Shown here piece by piece: positions 17,713 to 27,785 of a DNA stretch of 63,818 nucleotides. The position numbers and the translations under genes were made by a program. The DNA comes from a virus (taxonomy: Duplodnaviria > Caudoviricetes): IMG/VR virus record IMGVR_UViG_3300020020_000030, positions 1 to 63,818 of that record; one strand, written 5' to 3'. The notes below the pieces were generated by a model. That model was not told where the DNA came from and made no database searches. It saw only the letters and a program-made list of their open reading frames with translations. The first letter of the stretch is position 1, and each line of letters opens with the position of its first letter.

Positions 17713-17897
17713 CCGAGCCCCGACTGTGCGAGGCCGTGGTCATTCGCGAGACCCGCACCGACCCTGCTGAATACTGCGAGGAGGAGGCCCAGGAGGGCTC
17801 CGACTTCTGCGTTCGGCACGACCCCGAGGAAGCGCCCGAGCGCGACCCCGAACCGTTCGATCGGGACTGGCCCGACGAGCACAGCGACCGTCTCTGA
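17709..17897 (+). CDS. Small Cys/His acidic protein
   Basis: C..C..C..H pattern; ATGA overlap. Confidence 0.45.
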   Translation: MTEPRLCEAVVIRETRTDPAEYCEEEAQEGSDFCVRHDPEEAPERDPEPFDRDWPDEHSDRL

Positions 17898-17927
17898 CGG
17901 TCACCATCCCGGAAGGAATCAACAAGC

Positions 17928-18440
17928 ATGGGCACACGAGGATTCTGGGGCGTCCGCGACAACGGCCGTCTCCGCACCACGTACAACCACTTCGACAGCT
18001 ACCCGACTGGGCTCGGCGTGAGCATGGTCGAGTTCATCCAGGGCACGGACATGTCCACGCTCGGCGCCAAGGTGTTCGACCTGACGCTGGTCGAGGAGCA
18101 GGACAGCCCCACCCCCGAGCAGATGGAGGCGCTGGTCAAGGCCGGCACCTGGGAGAACGTCTCGACCGGCGGTGACTGGTACTCCGCACTGCGGGGCACG
18201 CAGGGCGAGCCGGAGAAGATGATCGAGTCCGGGTTCTGGATGGGCCAGGGCTTCGACCCGACGCAGGCCAGCGACTCCTGGCTCGAATGGGGATACCTCA
18301 TCGACCTCGACGCCGGCGAGCTGCTCGTCTACGACATCGCGTACGAGAAGGATCCGGTCATCCGCCGGCGCATCCCGTTCGCCGATCTCGTGGGCGTCAA
18401 CGCCAACGAGATCATGAGCGCGATAGAGAGCGAGGACTGA
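17928..18440 (+). CDS. Conserved phage hypothetical protein (YxHxDxYP family)
   Basis: MGTRG...YNHFDSYPTGLG...EWGYLIDLD. Confidence 0.7.
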   Translation: MGTRGFWGVRDNGRLRTTYNHFDSYPTGLGVSMVEFIQGTDMSTLGAKVFDLTLVEEQDSPTPEQMEALVKAGTWENVSTGGDWYSALRGTQGEPEKMIESGFWMGQGFDPTQASDSWLEWGYLIDLDAGELLVYDIAYEKDPVIRRRIPFADLVGVNANEIMSAIESED

Positions 18441-18441
18441 C

Positions 18442-19239
18442 GTGGGATCGCACTCTTTCGAGGACGTCTACCACGGCCCGCTCTCGGTGAAGGAGGCGTA
18501 CTCCGAGCTCGTCGAGCAGGCGCGCCTCGAGTACGGGCACGACCCGTACAACGGCACCATCTCCACGACCGGCGGTGTGCACCTGGTGCAGACCCAGCCG
18601 GTCACGCACGAGGAGGCGGTGAAGCTGGCGGAGACCCGCATCGACAAGCTCTCCAAGTGGGAGCAGTGCGAGGCGATCCCGCTCGTGGTGCAGACGCCGG
18701 CCGAGTACGTGACGCTGGCTGACACCGAGGTCGGGCTCGTGGTCTCGGGCGCCGTCTACAACGACCCGGCCCTGCTGCAACAGGCTGCGCGCAAGGCGCT
18801 CCGCCTGGGCAACGGCGTGGAGATCACCGAGTGCTCACTCAAGATCGAGCGCCCGTCGTTCAACCGGGTCGCCAGGGTGGACAAGCGCGTCGTCGCGGAG
18901 GTTCCGAAGGAGCCTGCCGAGACGAGGTACTTCATCCTCACGGGCGTCGGCAAGATCCGCGGGGACGACCTCGACTGGGAGAAGGGTCACCCCACTCAGG
19001 CGGCGGCACGGGCCGCGCTCGAGACGGTGCTGCGGTACGACTACCACGGCATCCCGGATGTGCAGGCAGAGATCGTCGGACTGGTCCGGCGAGCATCGGG
19101 CGCACCGCTGGTCAAGGCCACGGTCAGCGCGAAGAAGATCACCGGCACGTTCGTCGTCAAGACGCGCCGGGAAATCAAGGCGGCAACCGTCGGCACGGAG
19201 CGTGCCGGCTACTACTTCTACGGATGGGCGGCAAGCTGA
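18442..19239 (+). CDS. Hypothetical protein
   Basis: 265 aa; EYGHDPYNGTIST...YFYGWAAS. Confidence 0.65.
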   Translation: MGSHSFEDVYHGPLSVKEAYSELVEQARLEYGHDPYNGTISTTGGVHLVQTQPVTHEEAVKLAETRIDKLSKWEQCEAIPLVVQTPAEYVTLADTEVGLVVSGAVYNDPALLQQAARKALRLGNGVEITECSLKIERPSFNRVARVDKRVVAEVPKEPAETRYFILTGVGKIRGDDLDWEKGHPTQAAARAALETVLRYDYHGIPDVQAEIVGLVRRASGAPLVKATVSAKKITGTFVVKTRREIKAATVGTERAGYYFYGWAAS

Positions 19240-20132
19240 TGGGCGCAGATATTCACTCGATGGTCGAGGTCAAGCAGGACAGGTGGGAGAGCGAGCGGCA
19301 GTGGGATGTGCCCGGCCTGCCGTGGACGATCGGCGCACCGAGCTCGCGCTGGGTCGAGATGGAGGACGAGATCTTCCCGCTCTCAAGCTGGCGCGGCGAG
19401 GGGTTCGGCAAGATCCCGCTCGACGACCGGAACTACACGCTGTTCGCGTTGCTCGCCGACGTGCGCAACGGCCGAGGCTTTGCCGGCGTCAAGACCGGCG
19501 ACCGGATCCAGCCGCTCGCCGAGCCGAGGGGCGTGCCGACCGACGCCAGCTACGCCTGGCTCGCCGTGGTCGACGGCTGGGGACCGGACATGCACAGCCA
19601 CACCTGGTTCACGCTGGCCGAGCTGCTCGAGCACCCGCTGTTCAACCAGCGGCTCGTCCGCACCGGCGCGATCACCTCGCTTGAGTACGAGCGGATCAAG
19701 CGCGAGGGCGGGATGCCGAAGAGTTGGGCAGGCGGAGTCGGCGGCGCCGGCATCCGCACCGTGAGCGTCGACGAGTACGAGGCCGGCGAGCGCGGCACCC
19801 CGTACACCCAGGAGGAGGTCGACCGCATGCGGGTGGCCTGGCGAGAGGGTGCGGCCAAGCGCGGCGAGTCGATCGAGGACGTTGACAAGCGGCTCGACGA
19901 TCACATCGCCGAGGGTCGCACGTACGTGCAGTACGTGTGGGAAGACTCCCTGCCCGACGCGATCACCGAGCTCACCGACGCGATCGAAGCGCTCAAGCGC
20001 TGGGCCGAGGACCGTCCGCCCAAGGGCAAGACGAACCACAAGGACGAGCCGGTCGACGACAGCCCCGGCTGGTACGGGCACGGCACCATCCCGCACGAGA
20101 ACATCCGCATCGTGATGGGCTTCGATAACTAA
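19239..20132 (+). CDS. Conserved phage hypothetical protein
   Basis: MGADIH...RNYTLFALLADVRNG...PRGVP...HSHTW...RIVMGFDN. Confidence 0.7.
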   Translation: MGADIHSMVEVKQDRWESERQWDVPGLPWTIGAPSSRWVEMEDEIFPLSSWRGEGFGKIPLDDRNYTLFALLADVRNGRGFAGVKTGDRIQPLAEPRGVPTDASYAWLAVVDGWGPDMHSHTWFTLAELLEHPLFNQRLVRTGAITSLEYERIKREGGMPKSWAGGVGGAGIRTVSVDEYEAGERGTPYTQEEVDRMRVAWREGAAKRGESIEDVDKRLDDHIAEGRTYVQYVWEDSLPDAITELTDAIEALKRWAEDRPPKGKTNHKDEPVDDSPGWYGHGTIPHENIRIVMGFDN

Positions 20133-20134
20133 GG

Positions 20135-20163
20135 TTGCGCTAGGGCCACCCTTGGATTAGGGT
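20135..20163 (+). promoter_or_regulatory. sigmaA-type promoter embedded in a 13-bp inverted repeat
   Basis: TTGCGC-17bp-TAGGGT; GCTAGGGCCACCC / GGGTGGCCCTAGC. Confidence 0.6.
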
Positions 20164-20174
20164 GGCCCTAGCAA

Positions 20175-20192
20175 TTCCCGAACGTTCGGGAA
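20175..20192. promoter_or_regulatory. Palindromic motif, copy 5
   Basis: Perfect copy between the promoter and the RBS. Confidence 0.8.
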
Positions 20193-20216
20193 TCAGATCC
20201 CCGGAAAGGATTCAGC

Positions 20217-20729
20217 ATGGGCACATACACGGTCATCACGATCACCGGCCCGAACGAAGATCTCGCGCGCGTCAAGCTGCACAAGCTCCCCGACTTCGAG
20301 GGCTGGGACGGCGGCGAGTGGGAGCTCGTCACCACGCAGGCGCGCAGAGTGATCGACAAGCAAGAGGGCAACGTGATCCTCGAGCAGCACTACGAGCACG
20401 ACCCGATCCCCGAGCACACGATCCTCAACTCCTTCAACACCAAGTGGACGCCCGAGGGTGTCGCCGAGTGGGCAGTGAAGTTCACCGCCAAGCGGCCGAC
20501 CTTGCAGGTGGTCGTCCGTGAGGAGTGGGACAACCGCGACGCCGACGAACCGGGCATCGACGAGTGCGTCTACCGTGCCGGCGACTGGGTGCGCGAGGAG
20601 TCGAAGATCAACGGCGAGGTGCCGTACAACCTGGTCGAGATGCTCGACGCGGCCAAGTTCGCACTCACCGTGAACGACCCGGTGCCGGCCCGGATGGCAC
20701 TGCAAGCGCTGATCAAGGGGCTGTCGTGA
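20217..20729 (+). CDS. Hypothetical protein, possible YubB/DUF1281 ferredoxin-like domain
   Basis: FNTKWTPEGV...DEPG resembles the F.TAW.PP motif. Confidence 0.5.
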   Translation: MGTYTVITITGPNEDLARVKLHKLPDFEGWDGGEWELVTTQARRVIDKQEGNVILEQHYEHDPIPEHTILNSFNTKWTPEGVAEWAVKFTAKRPTLQVVVREEWDNRDADEPGIDECVYRAGDWVREESKINGEVPYNLVEMLDAAKFALTVNDPVPARMALQALIKGLS

Positions 20730-20911
20730 CCGACGGGATGATCGTCGACCCGACCAACCCCGAGAAGGCGATCGCGGTCGCGACCGGGAACATGGCGACG
20801 CCGGTCTACCTGGCCGACGAGACCGAGTTGACCGGGTGGAAGCTCGTCGGGTTCGGCGACCCGGCCACCATGTTCGACGCCGAGCACCCGCCGACGGAGG
20901 AGGAATCGTGA
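20726..20911 (+). CDS. Hypothetical protein
   Basis: GTGA overlaps. Confidence 0.45.
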   Translation: MTDGMIVDPTNPEKAIAVATGNMATPVYLADETELTGWKLVGFGDPATMFDAEHPPTEEES

Positions 20912-21189
20912 GTGTCACCAAGACCACATGCCTGCATGGCATCGCCATCGCCATGAGTGACGGCATGATCTACCCGCTCACGCCCTGCCACCAGGCATCC
21001 GGCAAGGGTTCCGAGGTTCCGACCGGGGTGGTCTGCCGCTCCTGCTACGAGGAGGTCGACCCGCTGTACGGCGACTGCGACGTGGCGTACGAGACGACCC
21101 GGCTGGCGGCGTGGCTGAATGAGCAGGGCTGCCCGACACCGGACGCCTGCAAGAGCATCGTGCTCGGCCGGCTGGTGGTGCAGGCATGA
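20908..21189 (+). CDS. Cys-rich hypothetical protein
   Basis: YPLTPCHQASGKG..VVCRSCY. Confidence 0.55.
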   Translation: MSVTKTTCLHGIAIAMSDGMIYPLTPCHQASGKGSEVPTGVVCRSCYEEVDPLYGDCDVAYETTRLAAWLNEQGCPTPDACKSIVLGRLVVQA

Positions 21190-21878
21190 CCGCCGAGGTG
21201 GTCCCGAGCCCGAACGGCTGGCGGGTGACCTGCGCCCAGCACGGGCAGATCGGCACGGCCTCCACCGAGGGTGCCCACCAGGTCAGCGTCGCGAAGGCGC
21301 ACAACAACCAGGAGCACTGGGCCGAGGTGCGCGAGAAGCTGATCAGCGAGAGCGGTCAGCCCAAGCTCCGCTCGGTCTACCGCTCGGTGTGCAACGACTG
21401 CCACATCATCGAGGACGACTGGGCCACGCCGTCGAGCGCCGCCCGCCAGGCCCGCACGCACAACGGCACCGTGCACGGTTACTGGGGCGACGTGCGCATG
21501 AAGATCAACGAACGAAAGGACAATCCCATGAGGGACAGCAAGACCGTCGACACTGCCATCGAGCTCGCCGAGGCGCGGCTCGCCGCACTGCTTGACGAGC
21601 GCGAGCAGCTGCGCAAGCTGCCGGCCGAGCCCCCGATCAACGGCACCGTCGTGACGTTCCGGGTGCGCTACAGCGAGCACGACTCCACCCGCTACAGCTA
21701 CGCCGCGATCAAGGCGAGGGGCGCCTGGTTCCTCACCGGCATGGTCACCAGCGGCAAGTCATGGGCGGAGATCCTCGAGCTCGCGGGGCAGGACGCCGAC
21801 GTGATGGACGGCCAGCGCCGGCTCTCGTTCGAGATGTTCGTGCCCGGCAGTGGCACTCCGATCAAAGCCGAGAAGTGA
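21186..21878 (+). CDS. Hypothetical protein (Zn-finger-like N-terminus; internal RBS+ATG at 21528 may start a second product)
   Basis: C..H and CxxC..H motifs; in-frame GAAAGGA-ATG. Confidence 0.6.
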   Translation: MTAEVVPSPNGWRVTCAQHGQIGTASTEGAHQVSVAKAHNNQEHWAEVREKLISESGQPKLRSVYRSVCNDCHIIEDDWATPSSAARQARTHNGTVHGYWGDVRMKINERKDNPMRDSKTVDTAIELAEARLAALLDEREQLRKLPAEPPINGTVVTFRVRYSEHDSTRYSYAAIKARGAWFLTGMVTSGKSWAEILELAGQDADVMDGQRRLSFEMFVPGSGTPIKAEK

Positions 21879-22207
21879 TGCACCAGCCGTTCACGCTCAC
21901 GGTCGGGAGCGTCACGATCAACGCGCTCCCGACCACCTGCCCACGGTGCGGCAAGGGGACCGGGGAGTTCTGCGGTCACTGGGCGCGCATGGAGCAGGCC
22001 GTGCGTGAACGGCTGGCCGTCGCCGCCGACCGGCGGGAGCGCTCCAACCTGAGCGCATTGCTCGAGGGGATGTCGCGCAACCAGGCTGCGCTCGCGGCAT
22101 CCGGCGAGCACGACATCGAGAACCTGGCGCAAGGCGCCAGGCGGATGCCGACGTGGCGACAGTCGCCACGCCTGCACGTTCGTCACGTGAGCGGAGATCA
22201 CAAGTGA
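21878..22207 (+). CDS. Hypothetical Zn-finger protein
   Basis: CPRC..G..C.H. Confidence 0.5.
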   Translation: MHQPFTLTVGSVTINALPTTCPRCGKGTGEFCGHWARMEQAVRERLAVAADRRERSNLSALLEGMSRNQAALAASGEHDIENLAQGARRMPTWRQSPRLHVRHVSGDHK

Positions 22208-22512
22208 GCCCCGACCGTTCGCAGATCCGTGTCGAGCTCGACATGGACGAGCTCGTCGCCAGCTACGTGTTCGCCACCCGCCGGGATCAGATCGACGACG
22301 GCGGCGCCAAGGGGATCTGGAACGGGTTCGGGCAGTTCGTCGTCCGGGTCAACGGCCACCCCGTGCTGGCGGTCACGCTGCGTGAGGACAAGCAGGGGCG
22401 CGTCGTGCTCGAGACTCAACAGGTCGACGACCGAGGGCCGTTCGGCATGGCAACCCACATCGAGCTCGAGCGTGACGGCAAGGTGCCGGCTCGGACGGAG
22501 AGGACACAATGA
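22204..22512 (+). CDS. Hypothetical protein
   Basis: GTGA overlap. Confidence 0.5.
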   Translation: MSPDRSQIRVELDMDELVASYVFATRRDQIDDGGAKGIWNGFGQFVVRVNGHPVLAVTLREDKQGRVVLETQQVDDRGPFGMATHIELERDGKVPARTERTQ

Positions 22513-22751
22513 CCACCATCGCTGTGCACACCATCACTGCGAACAACGCCGCGCACGTGCTGCACGTGACCGGCTACGAGGGAGGCATGGAGCCCGGCGG
22601 CTTCACGACCAAGCTCATCGAGGCCGCGCTGGTCGCCGACCTCGGCAACCTCGAGCGGCTGGGTCGCGGGTTCGAGGGGCTGATCGCCGCGGTGCAGGTC
22701 TACAAGACCCTGCCCAACGGCGTCGACATCCTGCGAGAGATCGCGACCTGA
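22509..22751 (+). CDS. Hypothetical protein
   Basis: GGFTTKLIEAALVADLGNLERL; AGGA RBS. Confidence 0.6.
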   Translation: MTTIAVHTITANNAAHVLHVTGYEGGMEPGGFTTKLIEAALVADLGNLERLGRGFEGLIAAVQVYKTLPNGVDILREIAT

Positions 22752-23023
22752 TGCCGAAGCCGTACCCGTGGGCACGACTGATCGCCGAGCTGCGCAGGCA
22801 GCCCGGCCAGTGGCGCCTGTTCCCAGAGATGACGGGCCGGCCGTTGACTCTGGTGAACCGGGTGCGGCGTCGGAACGCAAGGGCTCTGCGCCTGCCGGAC
22901 GGCAAGCTCTACGCCCGACGCGGAGCGCACCTCGCGCACCGTGACGACGCAGTCATCACGGACGTGTGGCTGTGCTTCATCCCCAACGAAAGAGAGAGTG
23001 ACGATGGCCGAGAGAGCGGCTAG
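22751..23023 (+). CDS. Hypothetical protein
   Basis: MPKPYPW...LRRQPGQW. Confidence 0.5.
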   Translation: MPKPYPWARLIAELRRQPGQWRLFPEMTGRPLTLVNRVRRRNARALRLPDGKLYARRGAHLAHRDDAVITDVWLCFIPNERESDDGRESG

Positions 23024-23312
23024 CCAGACCGAGATCGACAGCATCCGCACGGTGTACCTGTCGCCGAGCGACCACGAATCCCTGCATGCGTTCGCTCGTG
23101 CGCAGGACTCGAGCGCGAGCGCGCTGATCCGCTCGTTCCTCGACGACTTCCTGAACAACAAGCTCAAGGTCGTCAAGATCAAGCCCCGCAAGACGACGGT
23201 GTGGGTCGACCCGACGTTCTGGGAAGAGGTGCGCGCCAAGGCCCAGGAGGAGAACGTCGCCGTTGCGCAGATCATCCAGGCCGGCATGGCTCGACTGCGG
23301 GGTGGCAAGTGA
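23004..23312 (+). CDS. Tandem ribbon-helix-helix DNA-binding protein
   Basis: Two RHH-like units (RTVYLS...SALIRSFL; TTVWVD...AQIIQAGM). Confidence 0.65.
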   Translation: MAERAASQTEIDSIRTVYLSPSDHESLHAFARAQDSSASALIRSFLDDFLNNKLKVVKIKPRKTTVWVDPTFWEEVRAKAQEENVAVAQIIQAGMARLRGGK

Positions 23313-23602
23313 CCCGGTCGCTCGAGATGACCGTATCCACCGAGGACGACGGCACCGGCGCGTCGATCATCCTCGAGTCGCACGGCTTCTCCGAGCCGGA
23401 GATTCTCGAGGTCATCACCCGCACCGCGGAGTCGATCATCCAGCGCGGCATGCGCGACAGCCCGGAGGCGGCGGAGCAGTTCGCCGGCATGAGCCACGAC
23501 CAGACGTGCGCGCAGCTCGCGTTGCAGTCGCGCCTCACGCTGATCTCGATGATCACCGAGATGGATCTCGTCGACTCCGCCGGCGTGGCCATCGAGCTAT
23601 GA
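23309..23602 (+). CDS. Hypothetical protein
   Basis: GTGA overlap. Confidence 0.55.
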   Translation: MTRSLEMTVSTEDDGTGASIILESHGFSEPEILEVITRTAESIIQRGMRDSPEAAEQFAGMSHDQTCAQLALQSRLTLISMITEMDLVDSAGVAIEL

Positions 23603-23604
23603 GG

Positions 23605-23637
23605 AACGCCCGCCGGCGTGGGCCAGGCGGGCGTTCA
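23605..23637 (+). terminator. Hairpin after the early operon
   Basis: GAACGCCCGCC / GGCGGGCGTTC followed by ATTGTT. Confidence 0.5.
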
Positions 23638-23864
23638 TTGTTCCCCGGAAAGGAACGAACTCGAGCATACATGAAGCGAGGCCCCGCACCTCGAGTTTGG
23701 GGCCTCGCGCGGCGAGGCTCCTTGGGAGTAGCCTCGCAAGACAGATCAGTGTCCGCGCCTCACATTCTGGGGGTAGCGGGCTCCTCGACGCAAGCCCCGG
23801 AGATACATGTGAGCACTACATCTAGCCCCTGTTACCTATTTGAGACCCAGATCTGGGGCTCCCG

Positions 23865-26045
23865 ATGAGCGATAACGCGGAGCGCGCACTCGCACTGGCC
23901 TCGCTCGGCCTGCACGTGTTCCCCTGCTTCGAGTCGGGCGAGCACTTCAAGGCCCCCCGCACCGAGCATGGATTCTTGGAGGCTACTCTCGATCCGGCTC
24001 AGATACGAGGGTGGTGGTCAGCCACCCCCGAGGCGGAGATCGGCGTCGCCTGCGGCGCCTCCGGTCTGGTGGTCGAGGACATCGACCACAAGCCCGACAA
24101 GGACGGCCTCGCCTCGCTGCGCAACCGTGGCCTCGAGCCCGACCGCGAGACCTGGTGGTACGAGACGCCGTCCGGCGGCTTCCACTTCATCCACCTCGCC
24201 CCGCCGGGCGTGCCGGGCCCGACGCAGAACCACAAGCTCGAGGACGGCACGAAGCTCATGGGAGTGGACCGCCGATCGGGCGGCTCGTACTTCATCTGGT
24301 GGGACGAGGCGTGGCCCGACGAGCGCAGCTCATTCACGCCGGCGCCCGACTGGTTCCTGAACCACACCGGCACCGAGGGCGACGGCTGGGGTGGCACACT
24401 CGGCGAGTGGCTGGCGACCGTCGGCGCCGGCACCATGAGCCCGCTCATGCGCTCGGCCCTCGACAAGATCCCGCGTGAGGACTTCGGCCGCGGCGAGCTC
24501 TTCACCCGCCTCACGCACATCATCCGGCTGGCCACCGTGGACGGCGAGCCTGGTGCCGGTGAGGCACTAGAGACTCTCAAGCAAGAGTGGCTCCGCGGGC
24601 CGTGGAACCAGCCCAAGTTCCAGGCCGAGTGGAACGTCTCGCTCGGCAATGCGGTGCAGTCCAACGGCGGCGTCCGTGCGCAGGCCGAGCCCAAGGTGGC
24701 GGAGCGCACGGCGATCAGCGACTACTCGTTCTTCGACCAGAGCGAGACGCTCATGCAGATCAGGGCGTGGGCGATGGGGCTCGAGGTCAACCCGTGGGCC
24801 TGTCTGGCGATGGCCCTCACCCGACTGTCCGCCGACCTCATGCCCACGATCAAGCTCCCGGGCATCGGAGCGTTCGCCGAGGGCTCGCTGAATCTCTTCA
24901 CGGTCTTGTCCGCACCCTCGGGTGGTGGCAAGACCGCGATCATTTCCAGCCACGAGCAGCGCATGCGCAAGCGGCCGAGGCCCGACCCGTCGCCTCGCTT
25001 CCCGCTCGGCACCGGCGAGGGCATCGCAGCTCGGTACATCCGCCGGCAGAAGATCACCGCCGAGATGCGCAAGGCTGACCCGACGCTCGACCCGCACGCC
25101 GAGTACGTCGACCGCCGCATCACCTGGCAGGCCCTCGCGATCGTCGACGAGATCGACATGATCGCGGCGCTCGCCAGGCGCAGTGGCGCGACGCTCCTGT
25201 CCACGCTCAAGACCGCATGGATGAGCGACGACCTCGGCAACGGCAACGCCACGCAGGAGCTCGACCGCCAAGTGCCGGCCCACAGCTACCGGCTGTGCAT
25301 GATCGTCGGCGCCCAGCCCGGACGCGCAGAGATCCTGCTCGACAAGGATGCCGAGGCCGGCGGTCTCATGCAGAGGTTCCTGTTCGCCACCGTCGGCGAC
25401 CCGCACGCCTCGATGGACGCGCCGTTCATGCCGGAGCCGCCGCCGCTGGTCTACAAGATCAGCGACAACATCCCGTTCGATCGGCGCTTCGGCTCTGACA
25501 CGTTCGAGCCGCACCCGGACAAGGGCTGGGTGTTCACGTACGATCCGGGCGTCGTCATCGAGGTGCTCCGCACGCTCCGCGCGATCCGTCAGGAGCGCGA
25601 GGACTCCCGGCACGGCCACCGCAACTTCCTCAAGCTGCGCGTGGCTGCTCTGCTGGCGATCATGCACGGCGGCGACAGCGTCACGCGGCACTGGTTCGAC
25701 CAGGCGGAGTACGTCATGGCACACAGCGACGCGACGCTCTCCGCGCTCATCGACGTGCAGCGCCAGAGCAAGCGGGCGGAGGACGCCGCGAAGGGCATGG
25801 GCGACGCAGAACGCGCCCTTGCCGGCGAGGTCAGCATCCTGCACAAGACGTCCGATCGCGTGATCGAGATCTTGCGTCGCGATCCCGGACTCCCGATCTC
25901 ACACATCCGGCGCATGCTCACCAAGTCCATGCACGAGAACCTCGACGCCGCACTGCACCTGCTCGTGGAGCAGGGCCGGGTACGGAAGGAGGACGTGAAC
26001 TCCGCGAAGAGCCAGAAGCCTGCAGCTCGCTACTACCCGATGTGA
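23865..26045 (+). CDS. Bifunctional DNA primase/polymerase fused to a P-loop helicase-like domain
   Basis: N-terminal VFPC, DID, TPSGGFH (prim-pol); C-terminal Walker A APSGGGKT and Walker B IVDE. Confidence 0.85.
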   Translation: MSDNAERALALASLGLHVFPCFESGEHFKAPRTEHGFLEATLDPAQIRGWWSATPEAEIGVACGASGLVVEDIDHKPDKDGLASLRNRGLEPDRETWWYETPSGGFHFIHLAPPGVPGPTQNHKLEDGTKLMGVDRRSGGSYFIWWDEAWPDERSSFTPAPDWFLNHTGTEGDGWGGTLGEWLATVGAGTMSPLMRSALDKIPREDFGRGELFTRLTHIIRLATVDGEPGAGEALETLKQEWLRGPWNQPKFQAEWNVSLGNAVQSNGGVRAQAEPKVAERTAISDYSFFDQSETLMQIRAWAMGLEVNPWACLAMALTRLSADLMPTIKLPGIGAFAEGSLNLFTVLSAPSGGGKTAIISSHEQRMRKRPRPDPSPRFPLGTGEGIAARYIRRQKITAEMRKADPTLDPHAEYVDRRITWQALAIVDEIDMIAALARRSGATLLSTLKTAWMSDDLGNGNATQELDRQVPAHSYRLCMIVGAQPGRAEILLDKDAEAGGLMQRFLFATVGDPHASMDAPFMPEPPPLVYKISDNIPFDRRFGSDTFEPHPDKGWVFTYDPGVVIEVLRTLRAIRQEREDSRHGHRNFLKLRVAALLAIMHGGDSVTRHWFDQAEYVMAHSDATLSALIDVQRQSKRAEDAAKGMGDAERALAGEVSILHKTSDRVIEILRRDPGLPISHIRRMLTKSMHENLDAALHLLVEQGRVRKEDVNSAKSQKPAARYYPM

Positions 26046-26051
26046 TCCAAC

Positions 26052-26219
26052 AAGTAGGCAGTAGGTGCCTACTTCTTGGCTTCCCTCTCTGCTCCTTATA
26101 TCGCGAATGCAGCCTGACAACCTTTTCCTTCTCTGACCTGGGATTTTTATTTCAAGTCGAACGGACCAAGAAGTAGACGTCTACCGCCTACTTCCTAGAA
26201 ATAGGCGTCTACTGCCTAC
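26052..26219. other. Candidate replication origin
   Basis: Non-coding with an AT-rich core; inverted and direct GTAGGCAGTAG / CTACYGCCTAC repeats immediately after prim-pol. Confidence 0.5.
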
Positions 26220-26468
26220 CGAGAAAGGCCCTCGCCATGAACGATCTACCGGACGATCTCGCACACCCCAGAGGCGAGCACGCATCCTTCATCGCCAACA
26301 TCGTCGTCGCAGTCGTGTTGCTCGTCATCACCGCCGGCACGGTCGCCTTCGGGCTCATGCTCACAGGCGTGTCGTGATGGACCCGGAGTGGGACCAGCCC
26401 GCGAGCACGCTCGAGTTCGAGGACTCGATGGTGCGCATCCACGAATCCCTGGAAATGGAGATACCTGA

Positions 26469-27629
26469 ATGGCTACAGCACTGAGTCTGTTCGCAGGCGT
26501 CGGCTTCGGCGTCGCCTGCGAACGCATGAGCATCGCCGAGCTCGGCGTCGAGAATGACCTCGACGTGATCGCGACGCGGCACGCGGCCGGCATGACGACG
26601 ATCGCGCACGACGTGTGGGATCTTGCCGGCCCGGGCGTGCGCCTGGTGTACGACCTGCTGCTCGCGGGCCCGCCCTGCCAGACCTTCTCGAAGGTCGGCC
26701 GCGGGCACGGTCGGAGGGACATCGACGTCATCGTGAACATCGCGCGCGAGATCGGGCACGGCGCGGATGCCGACCGGGTCCGGGAGTGGACCGCCCACAT
26801 CGAGGATCCACGCACCGCGCTCGTGCTGCTCCCGCTGGTCTACGCGATGCGCGACCGCCCGGAGGCGATCGTGCTCGAGCAGGTGCCGGCCGTGCTCCCG
26901 GTCTGGGAGGCGTACGCCCACAGCCTCACGATGGCCGACTACAGCGTGTGGACGGGCATCGTCGAGGCCGAGGCGTACGGCGTGCCGCAGACCCGCCGGC
27001 GTGCGGTGCTCATCGCGAGCCGCAACCACGACGTCACTCGCCCCGCTCGCACCCACTCCCGCTACCACGTCCGCCACCCCGCGGCGCTGGACCAGGGGAT
27101 GCCGCGCTGGGTTTCGATGCACGACGCGATGGGCTGGCCCGAGGGCGTGGTCGGATTCCCGCGCAAGGCCGACGGCCGCGACGAGGGCGTGGAGATCGGC
27201 GACGAGATGTACCGCTCCCGGGATCTCCGCCCGACGGATCGGCCAAGCTGGGGCGTTACCGGCAAGGCGCGCTCCTGGCGCCGGTGGGGCTTCATGGAAC
27301 GGCCGGCCACCGTCGTCACCGGCCACGGCTTCGCGACGCGGCATCCGTCGGGCGTCCAGCGCACCCACCTCAACGCGATCGAGGCCGGCACCTTCGAGCT
27401 GCGCGAGCCGTGGACGGTGTCCACTGCTCGCCTGCCCACGTTCGACAACGTGAGCCTGAGCCGGAGCTACCACGGCAACGCGGTCAACATCACGCCCGAG
27501 GAGGGCGCGGTGCTGCAGACGTTCTCCCCGGACTTCCCGTTCCGCGGCACCCGCACGAAGGTCTGGCAGACAATCGGCAACGCGATCCCACCCCTGCTCG
27601 CCGAGCACCTGATCCGAGCTGCGCTGTGA
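26469..27629 (+). CDS. DNA (cytosine-5) methyltransferase
   Basis: LSLFAG (motif I), GPPCQ (IV), EQV (VI), PQTRRR (VIII), IGNAIPP (X). Confidence 0.9.
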   Translation: MATALSLFAGVGFGVACERMSIAELGVENDLDVIATRHAAGMTTIAHDVWDLAGPGVRLVYDLLLAGPPCQTFSKVGRGHGRRDIDVIVNIAREIGHGADADRVREWTAHIEDPRTALVLLPLVYAMRDRPEAIVLEQVPAVLPVWEAYAHSLTMADYSVWTGIVEAEAYGVPQTRRRAVLIASRNHDVTRPARTHSRYHVRHPAALDQGMPRWVSMHDAMGWPEGVVGFPRKADGRDEGVEIGDEMYRSRDLRPTDRPSWGVTGKARSWRRWGFMERPATVVTGHGFATRHPSGVQRTHLNAIEAGTFELREPWTVSTARLPTFDNVSLSRSYHGNAVNITPEEGAVLQTFSPDFPFRGTRTKVWQTIGNAIPPLLAEHLIRAAL

Positions 27630-27785
27630 ACGGCCGCGCCACCTGCCCGTACTGCGGCGTCGACGTGCACATGGACGGGCTCGGCGCGTTCGCGTTTGGC
27701 CCCGACGGTGGCACGACGTGCGCTGTCCGACAGCCAGGGGATACTCGGGTGTTCCTGCTCCACGGCTGGCGCCCGGAGATCTCGA

